Shown: positions 11,939 to 24,520 of the stretch, in pieces | How positions within the stretch are numbered: the first letter of the stretch is position 1 | Layout: each line of letters begins with the position of its first letter | Assembly: GCA_951406725.2 (NCBI GenBank) | Contig: OX597839.1 | Location: 12,214,001 to 12,278,000, forward strand | Source of the DNA: Octopus vulgaris | Taxonomy: Eukaryota | Length of the DNA stretch: 64,000 nucleotides | Direction: 5' to 3' | Notes under the pieces: generated by a model | Seen by the model: the letters and a program-made list of their open reading frames with translations, nothing else | The model's database searches: none | What the model was told of the DNA's origin: nothing | Program-made: the position numbers and the translations under genes

Positions 11939-12237
11939 TATATGTATGTATAATGTATGTGTGTGTATGTATCCATCAATTAGTCGCCCCAACTCTGTGA
12001 TTTGGGTTCATATTTTATATCTTAGAGTCAAGTAGGCCATATTTACAGTTGTTCGGGATCTCATTTTTTTCTTTTCTTCCCCTCAACCCATAAAGCCGTC
12101 ATCACTACTTATATTTCCTTCGTTGATTAAATCAGACTCTTTGAAATTGTCAACTGATAGCACCTCCTATACAATTAGAGTGGAGCTTTATATACACAAA
12201 CACACACACACACAGATAAATACGTGCGTGTATGCAT

Positions 12238-12680
<443 letters not shown>

Positions 12681-12762
12681 CGACATCATTGGCAGACGCC
12701 ATTAGAAAAACTTATATATGTTTGCAAAGAGGCCTTCACTTTCATCGCGACCTGGTGGTTAC

Positions 12763-12805
12763 CGCCCGTTGACGAGGAACAACAATCCCGAAACTAGTTC
12801 GAGCG
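12763..12805 (+). ncRNA. Minimal type I hammerhead motif (C3U variant)
   Basis: CGCCCG-TTGACGA-GGAacaacaaTCCc-GAA-ACTAGT-T-CGAGCG. Confidence 0.65.
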
Positions 12806-14190
12806 TATCACTCAGGCTTGCGAGGAAGGGATGGCCTCCCTTTGCAAATACTCCAAGGACACTTATATTGTGTCTAAAGCCAGCTAGAGACGAAGATCTC
12901 TTGGGGCTATAAAGCTACAGTAACACCCCCTCCCCAATGTGGTTAGCCATGATAAGATGGCTTCTATACTTTACATTATATATATATATATATATTTACA
13001 CACACAGACACGTGCGCACACACACACATACACACACAATCACATTCGCATACACATTATAAACGACAATTTGGTTTCAAAGACTTGTGTCAGTTTTCCT
13101 GCAGTTCTTTGTCTTGCTGTTGTCGTTGCTGTAATGTAAATTGTTATTTTGTGCGTGTGGTTTTTACCTAGTAATAATCCAGTCGACAACTTCTGTAATT
13201 TGAGCAACAAAAGAACAAAAGTCAAAAGTGAAAGCGAAACATGACGTCAGCACAGAACCAGCAAAATCAACGAGATTACTTCCCTTGCCACAGCGCTCTC
13301 ACACCTTCTTTCATTCACCCCTTTTCTCCCTTCTCTCCCTTAACCCACCCTGTATATCCCTTACCGCGTCTCTCGCGACCCACAAACTTCACATTTACCA
13401 GATGTTGTTAGAAAAAATCTTAAACCATGGGGGTAGGCCGATTAAAAGTTTTATTCCTGCCAAAATAGATTCTGCAGCAATATAAAGATGGCGTCACGTC
13501 ATGTATTCGGGACCCCACCTAACAGGAACTTAGTTATTCTTGTCTGTAGTTTCTCTCTTTTTACCCACATTAACCAATACCACGACCACCACCACTGACT
13601 CATCATGAATCATATTCTCTCTATCATACAAAGACTTTACACCTCATCTCCGTCCACCCAGTCTCACAGTTATTTATTAACATAATACTATAATACTTCT
13701 TGGGTGGCGTAGACAAGCGAACTACGGGAAATTATCGCTGTTGTTCTTTACGTGATGGCGCTGCTGTGATTATTATATGGGTATGTGTCTCTGTGTGTGT
13801 ATATGTATCTGTGTGTGAATGTGTGTGTGACTCTGTGTGTCTGTCAAAGTGTGTGTGTGTGTGTATGTGTGTGTGTGTGTATGTGTGTGTGTGTGTATGT
13901 GTGTGTGTGTGCATTTCCCTACTTCTAGCTTTATTATCTAACTCAAGTGTGCGGTGTTAACTTTCAAATAAAAGCCACTTGTCGATTCATGTGTATATCG
14001 TGTGTTCTTGTTCTTTTTCTTTTCCTTCTTTCAGTCATTCGACGGCGGCCATGCTGCAGCACCACCTTTAGTCGAACGAATCGACGCCAGGACTTTGTGA
14101 AGGCTAGGAATTATTCTCTCGTACCCCTTTGCCGAATTGCTAAGTTACATGAACGTAAACACAGATACACAAACATATACATACATATAT

Positions 14191-14230
<40 letters not shown>

Positions 14231-14345
14231 GTGTGTGTGTGTGTGTGTGTTATCCGTCTTTTTATCTTTGTTGCCGTACACATTCGCTAGCTTTCTTACA
14301 AAAAAATCTAATATTGCCCCAGCATGGCCACAGCTCGTAAGCTGA

Positions 14346-14379
<34 letters not shown>

Positions 14380-14619
14380 GGTTTAAATAATTGAGATTCA
14401 AGTGAATTCTAATGAATTCACATGAATATGGTCCTTAACTAGGATACACCGGAAATCTATATGGTGTTAACCATACGACAAGTGGGGTGATTACAAATAG
14501 GAAAAAAGCAACAAGAATGGATTAAAATATCGGTACAATTGTTTCGTACGAGGACAAGATGTCCTCGTACGAAACAATTGTACCGATATTTTAATCCATT
14601 CTTGTTGTTTTTTTCCTAT
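14380..14619 (-). mobile_element. PLE pLTR fragment ending in a 123-bp palindrome
   Basis: 14380-14556 is homologous to 51121-51292; arms 14497-14556 and 14560-14619 are 59/60 complementary. Confidence 0.8.
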
Positions 14620-14642
14620 ATATATATATAATATATATATAT

Positions 14643-14673
<31 letters not shown>

Positions 14674-14675
14674 CA

Positions 14676-14711
<36 letters not shown>

Positions 14712-14784
14712 TGTATGTATGTATGTATGTATGTATGTATGTATGTATGTATGTATCTATCTATCTATCTATCTATCTATGTAT

Positions 14785-15050
14785 ACGATGGGTTTGCTTT
14801 AGTTTCCGTCAACCAAATCCACTCACAAGGCTTTGATCAGCCGGAGACTATAGAAGACACTTACCCAAGGTACCATGCAGAGGGACAGAACTCGGAACCA
14901 TGTGGTTGGGAAGCAAGCTTCTTACCACACAGCCACACCTGCGCCTATAATATATATTCTATCTTTTCCTTGTTTCAGTCATTAGTCTCGGACCATGCTG
15001 GGGCAATGCCTTAAGGAATTTTAGTCGAACTAATCGATCCCAGTACTTCT
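14785..15050 (-). mobile_element. SINE family A head plus an adjacent tail fragment
   Basis: Reverse-complement matches to the family A consensus. Confidence 0.8.
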
Positions 15051-15195
15051 TTTCGCTTTTTGTTTTTTTATGAAGTATAAGTTTATTTGAGGAAGCATTT
15101 ACTGAATTATAACATAAGGTTATCAAAAACGCTACGCCTACGCGAAATCTTGACTCTCTCACACACACCCTAATAACACATATATATGTAGTGAA

Positions 15196-15482
15196 GGCGC
15201 AAAGCTCAGTAGTTAGAGCGTCAGGCTCACAATGATGAGGTAGTGAGTTAGATTCTGGACCGGGCTGTGTGTTGTGTTCTTGAGCGAGACACTTTATTTC
15301 ATGTTGCTCCAGTTCACTCAGCTGTAGAAATGAGTTGTAACTTCACTGGTGCCAAGCTGTGTCGATCTTTGACTTTCCCTTGGATAACATCGGTGGCGTG
15401 GAGATAACAACCTCGCCCGGACTTGTGCCTCGGAGAGTGACTTTCTAGGTGCAATCCCATGGTCATTCATGACCGAAGGAGC
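15196..15482 (+). mobile_element. tRNA-derived SINE family C (Meta-like central block)
   Basis: A/B-box-like head, then TTGTGTTCTTGAGCGAGACACTTTATTTCATGTTGCTCCAGTTCACTCAGCTG; related copy at about 23185-23410. Confidence 0.75.
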
Positions 15483-15492
15483 TTTTTGCTTT

Positions 15493-15554
<62 letters not shown>

Positions 15555-15559
15555 TATGT

Positions 15560-15866
15560 GGAGGCGCAATGGCCCAGTGGTTAGGGCAGCGGACTCGCGG
15601 TTGTAGGATCGCGGTTTCGATTCCCAGACCAGGCGTTGTGAGTGTTTATTGAGCGAAAACACCTAAAGCTCTACGAGGTTCCGGTAGTGGGGGGGATCCC
15701 TGCTGTACTCTTTCGCCACAACTTTCTCTCACACTTTCTTCTGTTGGCCTGCTCGCTTAGCCAGCGGAGTGGCGTTATTTGAAGGCTAAATCAATGCGAA
15801 GCGCATTGTGACCAGCGATGTGTAGCAACTTCTGATAGCCTGGTCGGTCACGGTGATCACGGTGAT
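15560..15866 (+). mobile_element. tRNA-derived SINE family D
   Basis: TGGCCCAGTGGTTAGG (A box) ... GGTTTCGATTCCC (B box), unique body, tandem CACGGTGAT tail. Confidence 0.8.
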
Positions 15867-15934
15867 ATATATATATATAAAGATAAGATCGATATTTAAA
15901 TACTGATATTAGGTGGAATGGAAAAATCATTAAT

Positions 15935-16499
15935 CCTTTTCGAGGAGACAGATCCTAATGCTGAGCGCTTTGCTAAAATTATGCGGGTTCTTCACAGCGC
16001 TTATGTGGGGTTGTTCTGAATGACGTGAAGGGTAAAACCATTCGAAATACTCTAGACAAGTTTTTGCTGCTCGATGAAAAGTCGACAGTCTGAATTGGAC
16101 ACACTTGATAACGAACAGACTTCTATCGATTTCAATGTCAACACTATAATGCATACTTCTGCAACTTCCATTTCTGGCTAATCAAACTCATCGAAGTCAC
16201 ATATCAAATAAATGTTTGTTTTACTGTCTTATTTGATTTTTTTTTCATTTTTTTTCTCTTTTTGTGTTTCTTTTGACATTTTTTTCTTGACATAAAATTT
16301 TATAAATTTTATGTTTATTTAAATAATTAAACCATAGTACTTTATAGCGTCCGGAAGTTGGTTTTTTTTTCAATGAATTTCAATGAATTTTGAACTTTTA
16401 ATGTTTCTCTTGTGTGTGTGTGTGTGTGTGTGTTATGGCGTTTTTCGAGATAAGTCGCATGTCTAGGAACCAATTAACGACGTAAGTTGAGGCATGTCT
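15935..16499 (+). mobile_element. Tigger/pogo-like transposon 3' remnant
   Basis: LFEETDPNAERFAKIMRVLHSA...NTLDKFL resembles the Tigger transposase C-terminus; TIR-like CGACGTAAGTTGAGGCATGTCT at the end. Confidence 0.6.
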
Positions 16500-16546
16500 C
16501 TCTCTCTTTGTCTCTGTCTCTCTAGCTTTCTCTGTCTATCTGTCTC

Positions 16547-16603
<57 letters not shown>

Positions 16604-17960
16604 AGAGGGAGAGAGAGAAGAGAGAGAGGAGAGAAAGAAAGAAGAGAGGTGGTGTGTATGTTTATGTATGTGTGCCTGTACACGTATAAAACATAAAAGA
16701 TGCTTTAAGAAATTAGTAGGGCTCTTCTAGTTTCACTTTCCCTCTCTCTCTCCATCCCTCTTTCTTCCTCTCTCTGTAGCATAGGTGGCGCTTTAATCAA
16801 TTAATGTTAGCAGACGACTTTAAAGGAAAAGCATAACCGACAAACACTTCCTCACTCCCCTACAAACTATAAATGAAATATAACTTCATAGCGATATTTA
16901 TCGTTTATAAAGCAGACATCTAAAAGACACGTTGTCTCTCCCATCCGTACCAGCTTATCTTCTCTCTCTCTTCTTCTCTATCTTTCCCTCTGTTTCCCCC
17001 CTCTCTCTCTCTCTATCTCTAAATAGCCGCATTTAAACGAATACGTTTCAATCAACCATTGCTAACCCTTTGTAGTTGTTGTTATTGCTGTTATAGTAGT
17101 CATGGTTTATTGTAGTCGTGGGTGTTGTTGTTTTTGTTGTTATCGTTTTTGCTCTCCATTTACCGAAAAGTAAAGTGGACACATTTTAAAAGCTGACAAA
17201 ATGTCGCCCGTTTTCTAGCTAATAGAATTAACAAAAATTACTGCCAAAGGAGATGACACGTGACGAAACGCTTACTAGACATACGCACGCACGCACACAC
17301 ACACACATACTTCTCTATCTCTCTCTCGTACACACATAAACACATATACATATAGAGTATGACACACTCATACAATCAATGTACATTAACAGACCCAATA
17401 TTTCTTTCTTATTCACATACACACGCAAACGCGTACACGTACATGCACATATATACATACATATAAATATATATGTGTGTGTGTGTATATATATATATAT
17501 ATACACACACACATATATACACACGACACATACGCATGCCATAGGTACATATATGCACAAACACATACATGCAACGAGGCACACGTACATTGTGCTGCAC
17601 ACATACACACACACACTGTGTCAAAGTGTCATACTCTATCAACTACACTGTAGAACGCTCACACTGTGTCACATAAAGACACAACCATACACATATGAAC
17701 ACAGTGTCACGCGTACACACAATGTATTACACCTACACGCACACATCTATGATGTCCGATTACATTCTTGGATATTTACACTCACACACAGGCGGGTGCT
17801 GTTGTAGTAAGAAGGTTAATTCCCAAGCATGTCGTCCCGGGTTCAGTCCGATTGCGTGACACCGGCAAGTGCCTTCTACTATATAGATACATATAGTTCA
17901 CAAATGAGATCCAGAGATTCTCCGTATAGAAGACAATAGTGCTCAAAAGATTTCAGACTT

Positions 17961-18045
<85 letters not shown>

Positions 18046-18261
18046 CAAAAGTAGTTAGCTATTCTAGTGTCATTTTAAAGTCCAATCATTTTAATACGGT
18101 CACTTAAATTGTGTCTGCTCCGGTCCAGTGAACATCAATGGATCTGCAGAAAGGAAATGGATGGATGGACGGACGGGGCGGATGAGGTGGTGGTGGTGGT
18201 AGTGTCCCTGGAGTGGTGGGAAGTGGGGACAAAGACCATAACAGCAAAATCAACAACCGTC

Positions 18262-18310
18262 ACTACTACTACTACTTTTACTACTACTACTTTTGTTGCT
18301 GCTGCTGCTG

Positions 18311-18343
<33 letters not shown>

Positions 18344-18508
18344 TTGTTGTTGCTGCTGCTACTACTACTACTACTACTACTACTTTTGTTGCTGCTGCTG
18401 CTACTACTACTACTACTACTACTTTTGTTGTTGCTGCTGCTACTACTACTACTACTACTACTATTGCTGCTGCTGCTGCTACTGCTACTACTACTACTAC
18501 TACTACTA
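18262..18508. repeat. Compound (ACT)n/(GCT)n array with higher-order unit (ACT)n-TTT-GTT-(GCT)n
   Basis: Direct reading. Confidence 0.95.
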
Positions 18509-19089
18509 CACCCCCTCAAGTTGGATAAATAGATAAATATATGACTTCGTTTTAAACAACCAATCTCTCTTGTCATTAGTTGATTGTGTTTCCTCTGATC
18601 AGCTCCCCCAGGTGGTGGTGTGATAATGATGGTAGTTGTGATTGTATCGGTTTGGGTGCTAGTGGTACTGGTGGTTGAAGCGGTCGTGGTGGCACTGGCA
18701 GATGTGGTGGTGCTGGGAGGTAGAATAGGCGCGGTAGTGATGTCGGTGGTGGCTTTAGCGGTTGTAAGCTCCGATCTTCCTCTCTCTTTACCTACGCCTC
18801 TCCACTCTTGCCATTCATTCCGGCATCCTTTCTCTCCTTAACGCCTTGCTTGCTCTCCGATTCATTCGTTCAGAGATTTGATATCAAAAGCAACCAGATA
18901 CAAATTTCATTTCCTCACAAAAGCATTGTAACACGCACAGATAAACGTATGCACAGCCCACATTGTATTGGTTGATGTAGTCACAAATACATCTGGATAT
19001 ATGTCTATGTTAATTTAGTCATGATACACTCCAGTGGTGCTGTAAGAATACATAAATATAATTGTGCTTGTGTGTGTGTTTGTATGTCT

Positions 19090-19326
19090 AGGCGCTGGTG
19101 TGGCTGTGTGGTGAGATCTTGCTTCCCAAATACATTGTTACGGGTTCAGTCCCACAACGTGGCCCCTTGAGCAATCGGCTTCTGCTATTGCCTCGGGTTG
19201 ACCAAAGCCTTGTGAGTAGATTTGGTAGACTGAAACTAAAAGACGCTCCTTGTATACACACACACACACACACATACATATATATATATACATATATATG
19301 TATATATGGATGTATGTATAAATGCG

Positions 19327-19357
<31 letters not shown>

Positions 19358-19595
19358 CAGGGGGGATGGAGGTTGTCATTGTATCTGTGTTTGTCTCCCA
19401 CCACCGGTGGACAATTGGTGTGCTTGCGTCCCCGTAGCTTAGCAGTTCGGCAAAGAGATTGATAAAATAAGTACCAGGCTTGTAGAAGAAGTTCTGGGGA
19501 GGGGATCGATGTCGATTTGTTCGACTAAAAATTGAAGGCGGTAAGGCAGCATGGCCACAGTCTAATGACTGAAACAAGTAAAAGAAGATAAAAGA
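19090..19595 (+). mobile_element. SINE family A (tRNA head, CORE-like block, microsatellite linker, tail); resembles octopus OR-type CORE-SINEs
   Basis: Collinear with the other full copies. Family name is from memory and not searched. Confidence 0.88.
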
Positions 19596-19823
19596 TATAT
19601 CGAATAAGCACAATATATATATTTTTATGAGTTACTAATAGTTCTATGCGAAGGAACATCAATACTGTCTGAGTTGTTATTATTGCATGAAACTATCAGT
19701 AGCTCATAAAATATATATTGGGTTTATTAGATAATAGTATTTATCTCTCGGCAGATGGAGTACTTTTTTTTTTTGTTAATCTTACCATCACGGAACAGTA
19801 CAATATCTATTATATAAAATCCG

Positions 19824-19856
<33 letters not shown>

Positions 19857-20179
19857 TTCTGGGATCTCGGGCATCCTCCATCCGATTGCGCTCAAATTTG
19901 ATATGTAGATACCGACGGTGTCAGGGCGTGAATAAGACTTGAAAAATTTACAAAAATCGATTCCAGGTGAGAATGCGATCGATAAAGCCGTGGGAACGCG
20001 CATTTGCACGCGCAAGTCCATCAGTCGAAATCTGTCTTTTGCGGGTGTCTCAAATTTAGATTAAATCAGTGTCTCTCAAAGGGGAGGCCTATGGGACGGT
20101 CGGACAAGTTGTTTTGAGAAAATTTGGTTTAAATGTTTGACAACTCAGCATTGTCCATTGGACGGGAAGAGTTTTGCTC

Positions 20180-20239
<60 letters not shown>

Positions 20240-20246
20240 GTATATG

Positions 20247-20277
<31 letters not shown>

Positions 20278-20284
20278 GTATATG

Positions 20285-20359
<75 letters not shown>

Positions 20360-20364
<5 letters not shown>

Positions 20365-20563
20365 TGTGTGTGTGTGTATGTTGGCTCCCACAATCGCTTG
20401 ACAACCGATGTTAGTGCGTTTACATTCCAATAACTTAGCAGTTCGACAAAAATGATCGATAGAACAAGTACTAGGCTAACAAAGAATAAGTCCTGGGGTC
20501 AATTTTTTCGACTAAAAGAGGTGCTCCAGCATGGCCGCAGTCAAATGACTGAAACAAATAAAA

Positions 20564-20565
<2 letters not shown>
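20360..20565 (+). mobile_element. SINE family A 3' half
   Basis: Matches the tail consensus. Confidence 0.85.
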
Positions 20566-20599
<34 letters not shown>

Positions 20600-21427
20600 G
20601 AGTAATTCGAAACCGTTTGATACTCGGTCAGACACATCGAGCGGACCAACACAGTTTCAAGTGATCGATCTATTAATCGACCGATCAGTGCTATAAACTA
20701 ATTAAGTTAACTTGCAAAATAAGATAGATTTGACCTAGTTGCTCTAGAATATCCGCTTCACTTTCTCTGTCTATATAATAATCTGCTTGTTCTTTCGCCC
20801 GTTATACTTTAGTGAGTTAGAGCGGTGAATGTGGAGTGAGTGAGTGGTGGAGTAAATGTGTCTGAGAGTGGGGGGTGGTAGAGTATGAGTAGAGAAGAAA
20901 GATGTATAATAAGATTAAATGCGTCATGTGGTTAGTTGAAGGGAGTGACAGAGAGCGGGAGAAAATGACGGTGAGAGAAAAGAGGGAGAGAGAAGTGTTA
21001 ACGACGTGCTGTAAAGTGGGGAGGAAAAAGTAAAAAGAAATATGTTCAGGATACAATATTCAACAGAGGCTGGTGTCCTGGTGGTGAGGTTAAAGAAAGG
21101 CAGACAGAAAAATATGGGCAGGCGAGGCAGATACATTATAAGAGAGAGAGAGGGGAAGATAGCCTTTGTATTGTCAGAGTAGAGATACATCGACAGCAAG
21201 AAAAACTAGATATAAACAAACGGCTGAACAGAAACAAAATGAAATGAGTTTTGTTACTGAAAACTATAATGATGATGATGGTGCTGCTGCTGCTGCTGGT
21301 GTGTTGATAGTGAAACTAATTTTATTTTATTGAACTGAATCTATAATATTCTTCTAACTGTTCGTTTACACTTTGCATTTTAGTTTGTTAGAGAGGAGGA
21401 AGAGGTGGAGTGAGACAGAAAAAGAGG

Positions 21428-21632
21428 GAATTCTAACTGGGCCTCACCCACAAGGTCATATGCTGTTTATCGTGAAATGAGATCACCATATCGCGCACAT
21501 ATGGTTGCAATGCATGTGCCTGGTGTACCCTTATCAGTCGGGTAGTCATGATGGGTATATTGGGTTTCGTATATTTGTACCCCAATCTTATTTTGATGGC
21601 GTGCGCTGCTTTCTCACTCAATAATAATAATA
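21428..21632 (+). mobile_element. 5'-truncated LINE 3' UTR ending in (AAT)n (Dong/R4-like)
   Basis: Homologous to 60876-61066; both copies end CTCACTC-(AAT)n. Confidence 0.6.
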
Positions 21633-21650
21633 GTAATACCATATATATAT

Positions 21651-22065
21651 AAAACAATAATAAATCTCTGAACGAGATATAAACAGTAACTGCTCCACAA
21701 CGTAAGGGGGATCAGCCATCTGAATGTGGCTAGGGACAGGGCGGGGTGGTGTTGGTGTTACTGATGCTTTTAGCCCAGGCGATCATCGACGTCACCAGAA
21801 GGACTGACACCATATCGGTGTCCTTGTTTGACTGTAAAGGAGGTTATCCTCCTCGAAGATACGGATGCTACATACGGACCGGTTTCGAGGTCATTGCCTC
21901 TTATCAACGTATGGTAAGCACCGTTCCTCGATGAAGGATTCCTCTACAGGCAACATATATAAGATTTTTCACAGTAACTACTGTCACTGATGTAGAAAAA
22001 CTGTCTGAAAACAATAAATCTCTGAACGAGATATAAACAGTAACTGCTATATAGCCACATTCAGA

Positions 22066-22067
<2 letters not shown>
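21651..22067 (-). mobile_element. PLE-type partial tandem pLTR (354-bp period) with a short inverted 5' tag
   Basis: 36-bp direct repeat at 21659-21694 and 22013-22048; 22052-22067 is the reverse complement of 21717-21732; contains a hammerhead. Confidence 0.72.
21871..21913 (-). ncRNA. Minimal type I hammerhead with a U3-A8 core pair
   Basis: CATACG-TTGATAA-GAGG-caatga-CCTC-GAA-ACCGGT-C-CGTATG; all stems perfect, GUC site. Confidence 0.82.
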
Positions 22068-22114
<47 letters not shown>

Positions 22115-22184
22115 ATATGACCGTGTGTGTATCGTTGGCGATTTTCTTTCTCCGTCTTCCCTTCCTTGGACCTTCCCTTTTTCT

Positions 22185-22222
22185 ATGTTTCTGATGAAGA
22201 GCTCCGCTCGAAACGTGATATC
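22185..22222 (+). ncRNA. Degenerate minimal hammerhead motif
   Basis: CTGATGA-a-GAGC-tcc-GCTC-GAAACGT; cleavage site and stem I eroded. Confidence 0.55.
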
Positions 22223-22304
22223 CTCTTTCTTTCCTTTCCTGAGCGTCCAATAACACTGTACATATTCCACGTCCTCGCGTTGTTGTTTTTTCTTGCTTGT
22301 TCCT

Positions 22305-22690
22305 GTCTGCTTCCCAACTACATGGTTCCAAGTTGAATCCCACTGCGTGACACCTTAGGCAAGTGTCTTCTCCTATAGCTTCAAGCCGACTAAAGGTTTT
22401 TTTCAGTGGATTGGTTATACGGAAACTGTAAAGAAGCCCATTGCATACATATATATATTTATGTGTGTGTGTGTATCTGTCTTTGTGTCTGTGTTTGTCC
22501 CCTACCATTGCCTAACAACCCGTGTCAGTGTGTTTACGTCCCAGTAAATTAATAAGTTCGGCCAGGGGGACCGTTAGATTAAGTACGAGCCTTTATTTGA
22601 AATAATACTGGGTTCAATTCATTCAGCTAAAACTCCTCAAAGCAGTGCTCCAGTATGACCGCAGTCTGCTGACTGAAAGAAGTAAAAGAT
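22305..22690 (+). mobile_element. SINE family A, 5'-clipped and diverged
   Basis: Matches the consensus. Confidence 0.82.
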
Positions 22691-23515
22691 AACAGAAACA
22701 TACACACACGCACACAAACACACACACACACATGTATATATGTGCAAACATTTTCCCAGGCAAACGCTTTTTGCTGTTGTCAGACATAGTGAACCATTTC
22801 CTATGAAGTCTCTTATATCTCTGGCTGACAATCACCGGTTCTCACAAATATTACCGAATTTATTTATGCACCTCTCCTCCTCTTTATTAATGAGGTGACA
22901 AAATAAATTATGCGTCCATATAATTCTTTCTCACCAATGTGTCTAGCGAGTTCAAACAGTAGGAGACCATCTTAATTGTATTAATGTGGCAATATGTCTG
23001 TCAACTTTTCAATCCTCATGATTATTCCCTTGAGAAACTCTAGCGTAACCCGGTCGTTCGGAGTATTGAGTATGAATTCAAGCTGCATCCAGTAGTGGCC
23101 GCCTGGGTTGGGAGATTCGGGCTTTTAGGAGTGTGGAACCACTTCTTAGCCACAATTGTTCCCAGGTCTACTCTGATCCGCCTGGCTTAGTGGTTAAGGT
23201 GATCGTAAGATTGTGGTTTCGAAATCCTGGACCGGGCGATGCGTTGTGTTGTTGCGCAAAACACTTGATTTCATGTTGCTCCAGAGCACTCAGCTGGCAA
23301 AAAAAAACAGAATCCTGTGACGAAGCGGCATCTTGTTCAGGCGTGGAATATATACGCCATGAAACCGGCCCCTTATGAGTCGGTATGGCTCGAGAAGATA
23401 ACTTTACCATTTTTTTTTTTACTCTGACACGGAGCAGTAACACTTGTCAGGGTACCAGCTATGGGTTAAGTAGCATATTAGAGCTTGACCGCCTACGTAT
23501 GTGAAGACTGGATCC

Positions 23516-23551
<36 letters not shown>

Positions 23552-23554
23552 CTT

Positions 23555-23950
23555 TTTCTTGTTTTGGTCATTTGACTGCGGTCATGTTGGGGCCCCGTCT
23601 TCAGAGGCTTTAGTCGAACAAATCGATTCCAGGACTTATTTTTCAAAGCCTTGTACTTATTTTATCGGAATCGTTTGCCGAACCGCTAAGTTACAGGGAC
23701 ATAATCGCACTAACATCGGTCGTCAAGGTGTTGGTGGACAAACAAAGACACAACGAAACACTGTTATAGACACACACACACACACAGACACACACACACG
23801 CACACACACACACACACACACATACACAAACACACACATATACATATGATGGTCTTCTTTCAGCTTCCATCTACTAAATCCACTCGCAAGGCATTGGTCG
23901 GTCCCAGGCTATAGTAGAAAACACTTGCCCAAGGTGCTTGGGAAGCAAGC
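23555..23950 (-). mobile_element. SINE family A
   Basis: Reverse-complement match; deletion in the head. Confidence 0.82.
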
Positions 23951-24151
23951 TTCATTATTTCATTAAATTGGCCACAAAAGCCGTACAAAATAGGACGAAC
24001 AAGGACAGACAAAACACAAAATGTGAAGAAGCTGCTTTAATTAAAAGTTAATGTCCGAATGAATGATGATAGCAGAAAATGACATAATTATAATGCAATT
24101 AAAAATATAATAGAATATATTTATTATTGCAATATGCAATAATTCACGATC

Positions 24152-24520
24152 TGCAGTAATCCCACCTACAAATACATAGAGGGAGACAAAGAAATGAAAT
24201 TTAAAAGTGGTCACATATTCAAAATAAATGCAGATATGAACTGCAAGACGCAGAACGTAATGTACTGCATAACCTGCCCCACGTGCAAGGAGGATTACAT
24301 AGGTGAAGCTGGAAATTCTTTATGCTAACGAGCCAGAATTCACGGACATGTCCGACAGGAGGAACTGCGCAAGATACCACTGCGTAAACAGCTAGATACA
24401 TGTGGAGAAGGAAAATTTAAGATCTTTCCCTTCTACAAATGTCCAAAAAATGACACCTCCTTCAGGAGGAATATGGAAAAGTACTTCATAACTAAGTTCT
24501 CCCCCAAATTGAATGGCTGA
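24152..24520 (+). pseudogene. Penelope-like element GIY-YIG endonuclease remnant
   Basis: MNCKTQNVMYCITCPTCKEDYIGEAGNSLC*RARIH...FRRNMEKYFITKFSPKLNG*; one internal stop at 24326; absent from the ORF track. Confidence 0.9.

Noticed and set aside
15560-15635. tRNA gene
   Set aside because: A/B boxes are present, but there is no closed acceptor stem or T-run terminator and it continues into a SINE body; the same applies to the other SINE heads.
20596-20700. Possible hammerhead on the minus strand (CTGATCG...GAAACTGTGT)
   Set aside because: The core and stems I/III cannot be completed convincingly.
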